Below are positions 36,898 to 47,268 of a stretch of DNA of 64,000 nt, one piece after another. The stretch is taken from the NCBI GenBank assembly GCA_047150005.1, contig AP038806.1, forward strand, positions 1,984,001-2,048,000. Direction: 5' to 3'. Position 1 is the first letter of the stretch, and each line of letters begins with the position of its first letter. Below the pieces are notes generated by a model. That model was given only the letters and a program-made list of their open reading frames with translations. It had not been told where the DNA came from and searched no databases. Made by a program: the position numbers and the translations under genes. The stretch comes from Nitrospira sp. (GTDB taxonomy: Bacteria > Nitrospirota > Nitrospiria > Nitrospirales > Nitrospiraceae).

Positions 36898-38808
36898 ATG
36901 GAATTGATTCAACCGACGCGACCAGCCCCGCAACTCACCCGGGCAGCGACCAAACGGCTGCTGCTGGTGGACCCGTATCCCCGCAACAGTCAGTATCATC
37001 TGACCGCATCCGAACGGCGGGCGGTGTGGTTCCCCAAGCTGAGTTTGCCGACGATCGCCGCGTATACGCCGGAGCATTGGCACGTTGAGTTGGTCGATGA
37101 GGCGGTCGAAGACATTGAGTTCGACTATCCATGCGATATGGTGGGGATCTCGATCATGACCTGTTACGCTCCGAGGGCGTACGAGATTGCTAAGGAGTTC
37201 CGCAAACGAGGCAAGACCGTGGTCCTGGGCGGGGTGCATCCCACATATTGCCCCGATGAAGCCCTGGAGTATGCGGATGCGGTCGTGTGCGGGGAGGCTG
37301 AGGACCTCTGGCCCCGGTTGGTGGCCGATTATGAAGCGGGGAAGCTGCAGCGGACGTACAGAATGACGTCGTTCCCCACACTGGAACACTACAAGAGCCC
37401 TCGTGTGGAATTGCTGAGCCCCGACTCGTATATGACCCGCCAGTGTAGCTTTACCACGAGAGGCTGCCACTTTGATTGCGAGTTCTGCAGTGTCTCGCCG
37501 TTCAACGGCAAGACCACGCGCCGGCGGCCGGTTGAAGAAGTCGTGACGGAGCTGCAAAATGTGCAGCGGTGGATCCGCAGCGAATTGGTCGAACGATTGA
37601 GAGACGAACCGCTCTGGAAGGCCTTTCTGCTCGGACTGCGGATCCGCGTGGGCATCGAAGACGGCAGCATCGTGGCGTTTGTGGACGACCTCCACAACAG
37701 CAACCGCGCCTATTGCCGGGAGCTCTGGACCGCGTTGAAGCCCCTGAAGATCAAATGGGGATGCCAGTCCACATTGTTCCTGGCTGACGATGAAGAGATG
37801 GTCAAGTTGGCGGCGGAGAGCGGCTGTGTCTCGGTATTCGTCGGCATGGAATCGCTGGATGAAGACTGCCTCGACGAGACCAATAAGCCATTCAATCGCG
37901 TGAAAAAGTTCTCCCAAGAGATAAAAATGTTCCACGATTATGGGATCATGGTCAATCCCGGCATCGTTTTCGGCTTCGACAATGACGATGAGGCCGTGTT
38001 CGAGCGCGCGGTCGAATTCCTGACGAAAAACCAGGTGGAACTGGCCTATTTCAACGTCTTGACCCCGCTTCCCGGCACCGCGCTGTATGAGCGTTACAAC
38101 AGCGCCGGACGGATCTTCGATCGCGATTGGTCCAAGTACGACGGCAAGCACGTCGTCTTTCAGCCGAGCCGCATGACGCCGGAACAGCTTCAAGAAGGAT
38201 TCCATTGGGCCAACCATCAGTTCTATTCCTTGCCGAACATCTTCCACCGCCTCTCGGGCACGAAACAGCGGCTGATTGCGCGGTGGGAAATGAATCGCGA
38301 GTTCAGAAAACTCGTCAAGCGAAGCTGTCCGCAGGGGACCCTGTCGCCACTGGCCTCCGTGCTCAAGAATCTCCAGGCCAAGCTTCCGGTGTTCGACACG
38401 GAGCAGCTGATTCCCAGCGCGCTGCACGCGCTCAAGCAACGGCTCGATCCTCAGGCGCTCTCCCCGGAGCAATTGGCGCTCAACATCAAGGTGAAGCGAC
38501 ACGACAAGTTCGCGGCGCTCTTTGTCGACCTCGAAGGGACCCTCGACCGGTTGAACGCGCAGGAATTGATCAACCGCATGAAGGTAGCGGCCGAGAAGGC
38601 GCGGATGGACATTATCGTGAACTTCGAGCATTTGAAGCTGGCGGCGCCGGACGCGCTCAAAGCGTTGGTGGATGCGGAAGCCATCAAGCGTGCCATCCCG
38701 AACGTCAAGGTGCGGTATCGCAAGTTTACGGATGCGTTCGAGACGGCGTTGCAGGGATTCTCCCTGGCCGGATTGGAAATCCTCAGCGAGGATCTTCAGG
38801 ATGCATAG
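36898..38808 (+). CDS. B12-binding radical SAM protein with C-terminal STAS-like extension
   Basis: N-terminal B12-binding fold (VLGGVHPT), TTRGCHFDCEFC (CxxxCxxC), GMES, LTPLPGT; tail VDLEGTLD..IIVNFEHL. Confidence 0.85.
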   Translation: MELIQPTRPAPQLTRAATKRLLLVDPYPRNSQYHLTASERRAVWFPKLSLPTIAAYTPEHWHVELVDEAVEDIEFDYPCDMVGISIMTCYAPRAYEIAKEFRKRGKTVVLGGVHPTYCPDEALEYADAVVCGEAEDLWPRLVADYEAGKLQRTYRMTSFPTLEHYKSPRVELLSPDSYMTRQCSFTTRGCHFDCEFCSVSPFNGKTTRRRPVEEVVTELQNVQRWIRSELVERLRDEPLWKAFLLGLRIRVGIEDGSIVAFVDDLHNSNRAYCRELWTALKPLKIKWGCQSTLFLADDEEMVKLAAESGCVSVFVGMESLDEDCLDETNKPFNRVKKFSQEIKMFHDYGIMVNPGIVFGFDNDDEAVFERAVEFLTKNQVELAYFNVLTPLPGTALYERYNSAGRIFDRDWSKYDGKHVVFQPSRMTPEQLQEGFHWANHQFYSLPNIFHRLSGTKQRLIARWEMNREFRKLVKRSCPQGTLSPLASVLKNLQAKLPVFDTEQLIPSALHALKQRLDPQALSPEQLALNIKVKRHDKFAALFVDLEGTLDRLNAQELINRMKVAAEKARMDIIVNFEHLKLAAPDALKALVDAEAIKRAIPNVKVRYRKFTDAFETALQGFSLAGLEILSEDLQDA

Positions 38809-40063
38809 CTTCGAATATCGCCACGGCGAACTCTATTGCGAGCAAGTGCCGGTCAGCCAGATCGCCAAGGAGGTCGGCACTCCCTGCTACATCTACAGCC
38901 ATGCGACGTTGACTCGTCATTTCCGAGCGTATGACGGGGCGTTCAAGGACATTCCACACGTCGTCGCGTTTGCGATGAAGGCGAACTCCAATCTGGCGAT
39001 TTTGCGTCTGATGGCCAAGGAAGGCAGCGGAGTCGACATCGTCTCGGGCGGGGAGTTGTTCCGGGCGCTTAAAGCAGGAGTGCCGCCGTCGAAAATCGTG
39101 TTTGCGGGAGTTGGCAAGAGCGCCGACGAGATCCGCGACGCGTTGAAGGCGGACATCCTGATGTTCAACGTCGAGTCGTCCGCCGAGCTTCGGGCGATCG
39201 ATGAAGTGGCGCGTTCCGTCGGAAGAAAGGCGCGGGTCGCCTTGCGGATCAATCCCGACATCGATCCCAAAACCCATCCGTATATTTCGACCGGGCTCAA
39301 GAAGAGTAAGTTCGGCATCGCCGCCGACAGGGCGTTGGAGGAATACAAACTGGCATCCTCGCTGGCCCACATTGACATCGTGGGCGTCCACGCCCATATC
39401 GGGTCGCAATTGACGGAGGTGACGCCGTTCGTCGAGGCGTTGAAAAAAGTCGTGGCTCTGGTCGAGGCGTTGAAGGCCCAGGGCATCGGGATTCAATACT
39501 TGAATGTCGGAGGCGGTCTCGGCATCACCTACTCCGACGAGAAACCGCCGCTACCGAAGGATTTGGCGGAGGCCATCTTCCCTTTGGTCAAGGACCGGAA
39601 TCTGACGTTGGTCATGGAGCCGGGCCGGGTGATCGTGGGCAATGCCGGTATTCTCGTGACGCGGGCGCTGTATCAGAAGGACGGAGAGGCCAAGCGCTTC
39701 GTGATCGTCGATGCGGCAATGAACGATTTGATCAGACCCAGTCTCTATAGTGCCTATCACGATATCCGCCCTGTCTCGGAAGCATTGCTGGCAAGGCCCA
39801 AGCATGCGGTCGACGTCGTCGGCCCGGTCTGCGAGTCCGGTGATTTTCTGGCAAAGGATCGCACGTTGCCCGAGGTGAAACCCGGCGATCTCCTGGCCGT
39901 GATGAGTGCGGGGGCCTATGGGTTCGTGATGGCGTCCAATTACAACTCCCGGCCGCGGGTGCCGGAAGTGTTGGTGAAGGATGCCGAAGTGCATGTGATC
40001 CGCGCGCGGGAAACCTATGAGGATTTGGTGAGAGGCGAGACGATTCCCGCGTTTTTGAGCTAG
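38801..40063 (+). CDS. lysA: diaminopimelate decarboxylase
   Basis: FAMKANSN, VSGGEL, HIGSQL, EPGR, GPVCESGD, GAYG..SNYNSRP. Confidence 0.96.
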   Translation: MHSFEYRHGELYCEQVPVSQIAKEVGTPCYIYSHATLTRHFRAYDGAFKDIPHVVAFAMKANSNLAILRLMAKEGSGVDIVSGGELFRALKAGVPPSKIVFAGVGKSADEIRDALKADILMFNVESSAELRAIDEVARSVGRKARVALRINPDIDPKTHPYISTGLKKSKFGIAADRALEEYKLASSLAHIDIVGVHAHIGSQLTEVTPFVEALKKVVALVEALKAQGIGIQYLNVGGGLGITYSDEKPPLPKDLAEAIFPLVKDRNLTLVMEPGRVIVGNAGILVTRALYQKDGEAKRFVIVDAAMNDLIRPSLYSAYHDIRPVSEALLARPKHAVDVVGPVCESGDFLAKDRTLPEVKPGDLLAVMSAGAYGFVMASNYNSRPRVPEVLVKDAEVHVIRARETYEDLVRGETIPAFLS

Positions 40064-40267
40064 GCGGCCGAGCGGACCGTCCGGCGGAACGAGGGGTGTT
40101 CAAAGCAGTCCCAGCCTGTGCCGTTCTCAAGGACGGATCTCCCCACAGGGGCACGTCCGCGGGGTCCGCGGGCCGGACCTTGTATCATGAGCGTGACGAC
40201 AGGAGTACCGGATTCAGTCAGCGAAATCGACGAGAAGTCGTCATGAGGTGCAGGGAAAGGAGCCGTC

Positions 40268-41140
40268 ATGTTTACCGGTTCATTAGTGGCCATCGTCACA
40301 CCGTTCAAGAACGGCAAGGTGGATGAGCAGGCCTTCGGTGATTTGATCGAGTGGCAAATCGCCAGCGGCACGAACGGGATTATCCCCTGTGGCACGACGG
40401 GAGAATCCGCCACGTTGTCGCACGAAGAGCACAATCGAGTCGTGAAACTCGCGGTTGAGGTCGTCCGCCGACGGATTCCGGTCATTGCGGGAGCCGGATC
40501 CAACAGCACAACGGAGGCGATTTCGCTGACCAAGCATGCCAAAGAAGCCGGGGCGGACGGTGCGCTGCTGATCACCCCGTACTACAACAAGCCCACGCAG
40601 GAAGGCTTATATCGACATTACAAGGCTATCGCCGAGGCGGTCGATTTACCGCAGGTGCTCTACAACATCCCCGGGCGGACGGGCGTGAACATGCTGCCTG
40701 CAACGGTGGCCCGTCTGTGCGGGATGAAGAATATCGTGGGAATCAAGGAAGGCAGCGGTTCGGTGCAACAGGCATCCGACATCGCCCTGCATTGCCGCGA
40801 GCGGCTGACGCTCCTCGCCGGTGACGATTCCCTCACGCTTCCGATGATGGCGGTCGGAGCGAAGGGCGTCGTCACGGTTGCGGCCAATCTCGTCCCCGCA
40901 GAGATGGCCAAGCTGGTCTCCACGTTTTTATCGGGACACGTTGACGAGTCGCGGAATCTCCACTTCCGATTGTCCCCGCTCTTTGCCGCGTTGTTCTACG
41001 AGACCAACCCGATTCCCGTCAAAGAGGCCTTGAGCCTGATGGGCAAGATTACGCCGGACCTGAGGTTGCCGCTCTGTCCCATGGGGGCCGAGACTAAGGC
41101 GCAACTCACCGGTGTGCTCAAGGACTTGAAACTCATCTAG
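40268..41140 (+). CDS. dapA: 4-hydroxy-tetrahydrodipicolinate synthase
   Basis: GTTGES, TPYYNKP, YNIPGRTG, GIKE, TNPIPVK. Confidence 0.97.
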   Translation: MFTGSLVAIVTPFKNGKVDEQAFGDLIEWQIASGTNGIIPCGTTGESATLSHEEHNRVVKLAVEVVRRRIPVIAGAGSNSTTEAISLTKHAKEAGADGALLITPYYNKPTQEGLYRHYKAIAEAVDLPQVLYNIPGRTGVNMLPATVARLCGMKNIVGIKEGSGSVQQASDIALHCRERLTLLAGDDSLTLPMMAVGAKGVVTVAANLVPAEMAKLVSTFLSGHVDESRNLHFRLSPLFAALFYETNPIPVKEALSLMGKITPDLRLPLCPMGAETKAQLTGVLKDLKLI

Positions 41141-41166
41141 CCGCTCCCCGGCTCATCCTACCGCCT

Positions 41167-41970
41167 ATGATCAAGGTCATCGTTGCAGGAGCTGCGGGAC
41201 GAATGGGCTGCCGGCTCGTCGCCTTGCTGAAAGAATCGACGACCCTGACGCTCGCCGGCGCGATCGAGGGGGGCAAGCATCCGACGCTGGGGCAGGATGC
41301 CGGAGAGGTCGCCGGGTGCGGACGTACGGGGGTCCTGATCACCGACGACCTCTCCTCGCTGCTGGGCCGGGGTGAAGTGGTCATTGATTTCTCCTCGCCG
41401 CACGCGACCTTGGAACATCTCAGCATTGTCGCTCACCATCGTCGGGCCATGGTCATCGGCACGACGGGATTCTCGGTTTCCCAGTCCCAACAGATCCACG
41501 AATTAACCGGCCAGGTCCCCTGTGTGCTGTCACCCAACATGAGCGTCGGCGTCAATCTGATCTGCAAAGTGATCGCCGAGATGGCAAGGACGCTCGGTGA
41601 TGGGTACGATATCGAAGTGATCGAAGCGCACCACCGGCTCAAGAAGGATGCACCGAGCGGAACCGCGCTAAAGCTGGCGGAGGTCTTGGCGGCCGCCGTC
41701 GGGCGGGACCTCGCGCAAGTCGGCGTGTACGAGCGGAAGGGTCTGATCGGTGAGCGGAAGAAGACCGAGATCGGGATTCAGACGGTCCGGGCAGGGGATA
41801 TCGTAGGAGACCATACGGTCCTCTTCGGAGGCGTGGGCGAACGGATCGAAGTCATTCATCGGGCCAGCAGCCGGGATACCTTCGCGAGCGGAGCCCTGCG
41901 TGCGGCCGGCTGGGTTGTTGGTCGCCCGCCGGGCTTGTACGACATGATGGATGTGCTGGGGTTGCGGTGA
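41167..41970 (+). CDS. dapB: 4-hydroxy-tetrahydrodipicolinate reductase
   Basis: GAAGRMG, IDFS, GTTG, EAHHRLKKDAPSGTA. Confidence 0.97.
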   Translation: MIKVIVAGAAGRMGCRLVALLKESTTLTLAGAIEGGKHPTLGQDAGEVAGCGRTGVLITDDLSSLLGRGEVVIDFSSPHATLEHLSIVAHHRRAMVIGTTGFSVSQSQQIHELTGQVPCVLSPNMSVGVNLICKVIAEMARTLGDGYDIEVIEAHHRLKKDAPSGTALKLAEVLAAAVGRDLAQVGVYERKGLIGERKKTEIGIQTVRAGDIVGDHTVLFGGVGERIEVIHRASSRDTFASGALRAAGWVVGRPPGLYDMMDVLGLR

Positions 41971-42400
41971 ATCGACGGGGAGTTTCGCCTCAGGCAGCGC
42001 GGCTGCAGATGGAGCGTGGCAGACGGCCGGCGTCGCAGTGAGGTCCCCGTCAAGATATGGACACGCTGACTGGATCAGGTCGGTCTCAATGTCTCGCCGT
42101 AAGGGGACGTGGCTCCTGGTCTGCGGCCTTCCGACGACCGCAGTTCAAACAGGCAAACACGGTGATCGCCAACCCGGCGTCCAAATCCACTGCCCGCTCC
42201 GGCAACATTGTTCCGCGACATTTGTCACAAATCTTCATGGGCGCACTCTAGCATTCCGGAAAATGGATGCCTATCCATCAGAAGTACTGGACCTGTCGCG
42301 AACAAAAGTCCCCAGATGGCTCTACATCTAGGCCCTTTGCTCTATGCTGGAAGACCAACAAGACTAGGAGCGCTGAGTCACATACCGGCCGCCACGATTC

Positions 42401-42429
42401 TTGACACGGCACCTCCTGTCCCATAGGAT
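42401..42429 (+). promoter_or_regulatory. sigma70-like promoter
   Basis: TTGACA-17 bp-TAGGAT upstream of the YHS gene. Confidence 0.5.
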
Positions 42430-42455
42430 TGTGGCTCTGACGCGCCTCTCCCCCT

Positions 42456-42707
42456 ATGTATAGAATAATTTTCGTCCTTATCCTCCTAATCATCCTCTAT
42501 TTTCTTATCAGGAGCGCCCTGCGAGAGCTAAAGGGACGGGGGGGAACCGACCAGTTACCGGTGGACAAGAATCAGATGGTACAGGATCCGGTCTGTCGCG
42601 TATTCGTTCCGCGCGGAACGGCGGTCATTGAGGTGATCGGTGGGCAGACGTATTGTTTTTGTGGCCGAACCTGCGCCGATAAGTTTCAAAAGCAAATGGC
42701 GGGCTAG
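42456..42707 (+). CDS. membrane-anchored YHS/TRASH domain protein
   Basis: TM helix followed by DPVC..YCFCGRTC. Confidence 0.8.
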   Translation: MYRIIFVLILLIILYFLIRSALRELKGRGGTDQLPVDKNQMVQDPVCRVFVPRGTAVIEVIGGQTYCFCGRTCADKFQKQMAG

Positions 42708-43015
42708 CACCCGGAATAGCTGTAGTCGGACAGCTTCTCTTCCTTGTCGAATTTCAACGTAATCTGGCACTGGTTGGGGGAGAAATTGAACAGCGGCGCG
42801 CTGGTCTTGCCGCCGGCGATGCGATAGTAGGTCCAGGTCTCACCTCCGAAGAACCGCGGAGATTTTCCGTCCGGCGTACCCCAATTCTTCTCGAACCAGG
42901 CCTTGTCCTTGCCCTGCATCTCCGCCGGCTTCAACGACGCTTCCAAATAGGGGTTATCGCCGCCGCACGCGGTGAAGAGGAAGCAGAGAGCCGGAAGCCA
43001 GAGCAGAGGTCTCAT
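42704..43015 (-). CDS. small lipoprotein (SmpA/BamE-like)
   Basis: Lipobox FTAC; WGTPD..ETWTYY..ITLKFD. Confidence 0.7.
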   Translation of the reverse strand: MRPLLWLPALCFLFTACGGDNPYLEASLKPAEMQGKDKAWFEKNWGTPDGKSPRFFGGETWTYYRIAGGKTSAPLFNFSPNQCQITLKFDKEEKLSDYSYSGC

Positions 43016-43214
43016 ACGGCAGTCTCCTCAGTGACGGAAAACCATGATCGGCGCGATAGAACGCGTTTGAATTGTAGCCATCGCTGCACGGGCTGTCAAA
43101 CTGCGACGCCCTGTTGCGGCGACCCTGGACTTCTCCCTACAATGGAAAAACAGAGGCGATGGCTGAGCAGCTGCGTAATCGAATCTCCCTTATTTGACAA
43201 GAAAGGATCACGCC

Positions 43215-43865
43215 ATGAAATTCTATCTTGATACGGCCAGCGTGAAGGAAATCCAGGAAGCGGCGAGCCTCGGCTTGCTGGACGGGGTGACGACCAACCC
43301 CTCGCTTGTGGCGAAGGAGGGCCGTGTGTTTCGCGAAGTCCTTGTCGAAATCTGCAACATCGTGGACGGCCCGATCAGCGCAGAAGTCGTCAGCATCGAA
43401 GCCGATGCCATGGTCAAGGAAGGACGGGAACTCGCAAAGATCCACAAGAACATTGTGGTGAAGGTTCCCCTGATTGCTGAGGGACTCAAGGCCACCAAGC
43501 GCCTGACCGCTGAAGGAATCCGCGTCAACGTCACTCTTTGCTTTTCTCCGACACAGGCGCTGCTGGCGGCGAAGGCCGGGGCATGGTGTGTCTCGCCCTT
43601 CATCGGGCGGCTCGACGACGTCAGTTCCAACGGGATGGAGCTCATCCGCCAGATCCTCACGATCTATAAGAACTACGACTTCAAGACGTACGTGCTGGTC
43701 GCGAGCGTGCGGCATCCCCAGCATGTCGTCGAAGCGGCCTTGGCTGGAGGACACATTTGCACGATGCCCTTTGCCATCTTCCAGCAGATGGTGAAACATC
43801 CGCTCACCGATGTCGGCCTGAAGAAGTTTCTCGCCGATTGGGAGTCTCAAAACAAGAAGAAATAG
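43215..43865 (+). CDS. fsa: transaldolase / fructose-6-phosphate aldolase
   Basis: [41 protein letters not shown]. Confidence 0.93.
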   Translation: MKFYLDTASVKEIQEAASLGLLDGVTTNPSLVAKEGRVFREVLVEICNIVDGPISAEVVSIEADAMVKEGRELAKIHKNIVVKVPLIAEGLKATKRLTAEGIRVNVTLCFSPTQALLAAKAGAWCVSPFIGRLDDVSSNGMELIRQILTIYKNYDFKTYVLVASVRHPQHVVEAALAGGHICTMPFAIFQQMVKHPLTDVGLKKFLADWESQNKKK

Positions 43866-43887
43866 TGATAGGTGTCGTGCCGCATTC

Positions 43888-44592
43888 TCAGGCCACCGGC
43901 CCGCGCCGCCGATTGTCGATAATCTGTTTGGCCAGGCGAAAGACCCCGTGGAACATGGGTCTCGTCAGCTTGCCGGTAAACGTATTCTGCTGGCTCGGAT
44001 GATAGGATCCAACCAGCGTGACGTGCCAGGGCATGTGATAAGCGCGCTCATGGCCGAAGGCCGGGAGGGGGGAAGGAAGTGTGAGCCCCTCTTGCCTGCA
44101 GGTCTTCAAGTAATGATCGAAGGCGATTTTGCCCAGGGCGACGACCACTTTCACGTTCCGTAGCAGCCGGATTTCCTGACGAAGGAAGGTCCGACAGGCG
44201 TCGAATTCGTCCGGCGCAGGTTTGTTGTGAGGCGGCGCGCAGCGGACCGTGGCGCCGATGTAGGCATCCGACAACGTGAGCCCGTCGGATCGGTGCTGGG
44301 AGAGCGCCTGGTTTGCAAATCCGAAGCGATGCAACGCCTCGTACAGCCAGTCCCCGCTGCGATCTCCCGTAAATACCCGCCCGGTTCTGTTTCCTCCGTG
44401 GGCAGCAGGAGCCAGTCCCAGCACGTACAGCCGTGCCTTCGGATCGCCGAATCCCGGAACCGGTCGACCCCAATAGGTCCAGTCACGAAACTGTCTTCGC
44501 TTTGTCCGGGCGATCGCCTGCCGATAGTCGACCAGCCGCGGGCAGGCTGTACAGGACGCGATCCGATTGTTCAGCACCGTGAGCGAGCGCAT
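43888..44592 (-). CDS. uracil-DNA glycosylase, family 5 (UdgB-like)
   Basis: CTACPRL, GLAPAAHGGNRTGRVFTGDRSG, RCAPP, HPSQQNT. Confidence 0.92.
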   Translation of the reverse strand: MRSLTVLNNRIASCTACPRLVDYRQAIARTKRRQFRDWTYWGRPVPGFGDPKARLYVLGLAPAAHGGNRTGRVFTGDRSGDWLYEALHRFGFANQALSQHRSDGLTLSDAYIGATVRCAPPHNKPAPDEFDACRTFLRQEIRLLRNVKVVVALGKIAFDHYLKTCRQEGLTLPSPLPAFGHERAYHMPWHVTLVGSYHPSQQNTFTGKLTRPMFHGVFRLAKQIIDNRRRGPVA

Positions 44593-44654
44593 GGTGTCGG
44601 GAGTGTATCAGGTGATCACGATCCTCCGCCAGGCGCGGCTAAAGTTCGAACTGC

Positions 44655-44683
44655 TTGCCGCGCGTGATGCTTACTGTTAGCAT
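44655..44683 (+). promoter_or_regulatory. sigma70-like promoter
   Basis: TTGCCG-17 bp-TAGCAT with an extended TG. Confidence 0.35.
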
Positions 44684-44730
44684 GACAAATTATTCGTGAA
44701 TGGTCGTTCAACTCAGAGGAACATTGCATT

Positions 44731-45798
44731 ATGACACGGTTGCGTCACGGGTTCCTGTACGTGCTGCCGCTCCTGATCGGTGCCGCACTTTTTCCTTCGC
44801 TCGGTGCTCGGGCTGAGTCTGACTCGACCGCAATGAAGGATGGGACGCCGCGTCCCGGCGCCAACGGGGAGTCGGAGCGGGATCTTCTTCCGAGTGAGGT
44901 CATCGACAGCCAAAACGAGCCGGAAGATCGTCTGGTCATCCTGCCGGAAATCAAGCGTGAAGGAGAGCGGTTTTTCCTGAGTTCGTTCAAGCTGCCCGAC
45001 AAATTGACGTTTGCAGGGCAACCGGTTCCTCTGGACAACTGGCAAGTCCGGGAGCGCATCGAGTATGAGTTTTACCAGTTCCTCGAGGACCAGGGAGAAA
45101 GCATTATCCTCGCCAAACGTATGGGGCGCTGTTTTCCTCCGGCGGAGAAACAGCTCGCGGAAGCGGGATTACCCGACGATCTCAAATACATGCTGCTGGT
45201 GGAGAGCAAGTGCATCGCCGCGGCCTACTCGCGGGCGAAAGCCTCCGGCCCTTGGCAATTCATCCCTTCGACCGGGCGGCGATATCGGCTTAAGAGCGAT
45301 TCCGTCCGTGATGATCGGCGGAACTTGGAAATGTCCACGGAAGCCGCCGTGAAATATCTCAAGTACTTGAAGGATTTCCAGCAGAACGATTGGTTTTTGG
45401 CTATGGCCTCCTACAACGCGGGCGAGGAACGGGTCCGCAAACTGCTGAAAGATCAGAAAGTCAACGACTATTGGCGAATGCACGGTCCTCGGGAAACCAT
45501 GCGCTATGTTCCCCGGATCATCGCGGCCAAAGAAATCTATTCGCAGCCGGAGAAATATCTGGGGTTGAGCAAGAAGGACCTGTATCTCCCGCTGGAAACT
45601 GAAACGGTCACCGTGACGGTAAAAGAGTCTCAGCGGGCGCTCACCTCCATTGCCGAGGAGTTCGGCACCTACTATCTGGAATTACGAATGTTGAACCCCG
45701 AATTCAAGAAGGATGTGCTCCCGCACGGGGTCTATCAGATCCGAGTCCCCCGCCAGACCTGTCCGAGCCGCTGCTTCAAGCAGGAGAAAGCTCCGTAA
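44731..45798 (+). CDS. lytic transglycosylase (MltD-like SLT domain)
   Basis: LKYMLLVES, ASGPWQFIPSTG, ASYNAGE, ETMRYVPR. Confidence 0.9.
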   Translation: MTRLRHGFLYVLPLLIGAALFPSLGARAESDSTAMKDGTPRPGANGESERDLLPSEVIDSQNEPEDRLVILPEIKREGERFFLSSFKLPDKLTFAGQPVPLDNWQVRERIEYEFYQFLEDQGESIILAKRMGRCFPPAEKQLAEAGLPDDLKYMLLVESKCIAAAYSRAKASGPWQFIPSTGRRYRLKSDSVRDDRRNLEMSTEAAVKYLKYLKDFQQNDWFLAMASYNAGEERVRKLLKDQKVNDYWRMHGPRETMRYVPRIIAAKEIYSQPEKYLGLSKKDLYLPLETETVTVTVKESQRALTSIAEEFGTYYLELRMLNPEFKKDVLPHGVYQIRVPRQTCPSRCFKQEKAP

Positions 45799-45916
45799 GG
45801 ATCGTAGAACGGATCGACTGCCTTCTGTTTTCGGTCCGAGATGGCCATCGTCTCGTGATGTCCCGTCTCGGCTCGCCGCTTCGGGCCGACCTCCGACTCC
45901 TTCTGGAAACAAGCGT

Positions 45917-47254
45917 ATGACGATCCGACTGCCCAAATCCCCTGTCAGCTCCCTGCTTAAACAGGCGCTCAGACGAGCGATCGAAACCGTGGAAGGCGGG
46001 GCTGCCGTCCGACGAGCAGTCCGCCGGCGTGGTGATGTGCTGACGATCGCGTCCCGTCGAGTGGACCTTCGACGGTATGAACGGCTGATCGTGCTCGGCG
46101 CGGGAAAGGCCACGGCGTCGATGGCCCGTGCGGCGGAGCTGTTGTTGGGAAATCGGCTGCAGGGTGGGCTCGTGGTCGTCAAGTACGGACATGCGGTCCC
46201 GACCAGACGCATCACGGTACGCGAAGCCGGCCATCCCTATCCGGACCGCGCAGGATTCTATGCCGCTCGCGGCGTAATGCGGCTTGCTTCCGGGCTGTCC
46301 GAGCGCGATCTGTTGATCGTGCTACTCTCGGGCGGAGCCTCCAGTCTGTTACCGGCGCCGGTTCCCGATATCAGTTTGTCCGATAAACAACGCGTGACTC
46401 GACGACTGGTGCGAAGTGGAGCAAGCATCCAGGATATCAACACTGTACGCAAACATCTCTCGGCGCTCAAGGGAGGAGGGCTTGCGGCTATGACCTCCGC
46501 CAGGATCGTCTCCCTGATCCTTTCCGACGTGCTCGGCGACGACATCAGCGCCATTGCTTCCGGTCCGACGGCTCCCGACCCCACCACCTTTCGCCAAGCG
46601 ATCGATTGTTTGAAGCACTATCGGCTCTGGTCCTCATTGCCCGCCTCGATCCGCAGGCATTTGGACAGGGGCCGTCGCGGCGCAGTGGCGGAAACGCCGA
46701 AGCCGGGCGCACCCTGCTTCCGGCGGGTCGTCAATGTATTGATCGGGAGCGGTGCCCTGGCTGTCGCGGAGGCGGCGCGTGCCGTTCGAGGGGCCGGCCT
46801 CCGGACCGTAATCCATTCGACGGGGCTGACCGGTGAAGCCCGTCTGGCAGGAGCGGAATTCGGGGCCATGGCGAGGACTATTCTCCGACGCGGCATGCCC
46901 GTTCGCAGACCCTGCTGTGTGATCGCCGGAGGAGAAACGACGGTGACCGTGAAGGGACGCGGACGGGGAGGCCGGGCGCAGGAGTTTGCCGCGGCGGCCG
47001 CGCAGGCCGTTGCCGGGCTTCCGGACGTGTGGGTTGCGGCGGTAGGTACCGACGGCACCGACGGCCCGACCGATGTGGCGGGAGCGCTCGTGAGCGGACA
47101 GACCGCGGCGCATGCGCGTGGATGGGGCATCGACCTCGACGCCGCGCTGAAGCGGAATAATACTTATCCGGCGCTGAAGCGTCTGGGAGCCCACATCATC
47201 ACCGGCCCCACCGGCACAAACGTCAACGACCTTTACGTGCTCCTTGTCTTGTAG
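45917..47254 (+). CDS. glycerate kinase type 2 (MOFRL/TtuD family)
   Basis: GAGKA, AGHPYPD, LSGGAS, IASGPT, GGETTV, GTDGTDG, GPTGTNVND. Confidence 0.92.
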   Translation: MTIRLPKSPVSSLLKQALRRAIETVEGGAAVRRAVRRRGDVLTIASRRVDLRRYERLIVLGAGKATASMARAAELLLGNRLQGGLVVVKYGHAVPTRRITVREAGHPYPDRAGFYAARGVMRLASGLSERDLLIVLLSGGASSLLPAPVPDISLSDKQRVTRRLVRSGASIQDINTVRKHLSALKGGGLAAMTSARIVSLILSDVLGDDISAIASGPTAPDPTTFRQAIDCLKHYRLWSSLPASIRRHLDRGRRGAVAETPKPGAPCFRRVVNVLIGSGALAVAEAARAVRGAGLRTVIHSTGLTGEARLAGAEFGAMARTILRRGMPVRRPCCVIAGGETTVTVKGRGRGGRAQEFAAAAAQAVAGLPDVWVAAVGTDGTDGPTDVAGALVSGQTAAHARGWGIDLDAALKRNNTYPALKRLGAHIITGPTGTNVNDLYVLLVL

Positions 47255-47268
47255 GTACTATTCCCTCG

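Noticed and set aside
36403..38631. 742-aa minus-strand ORF
   Set aside because: Antisense shadow of the radical SAM gene; no recognisable domain
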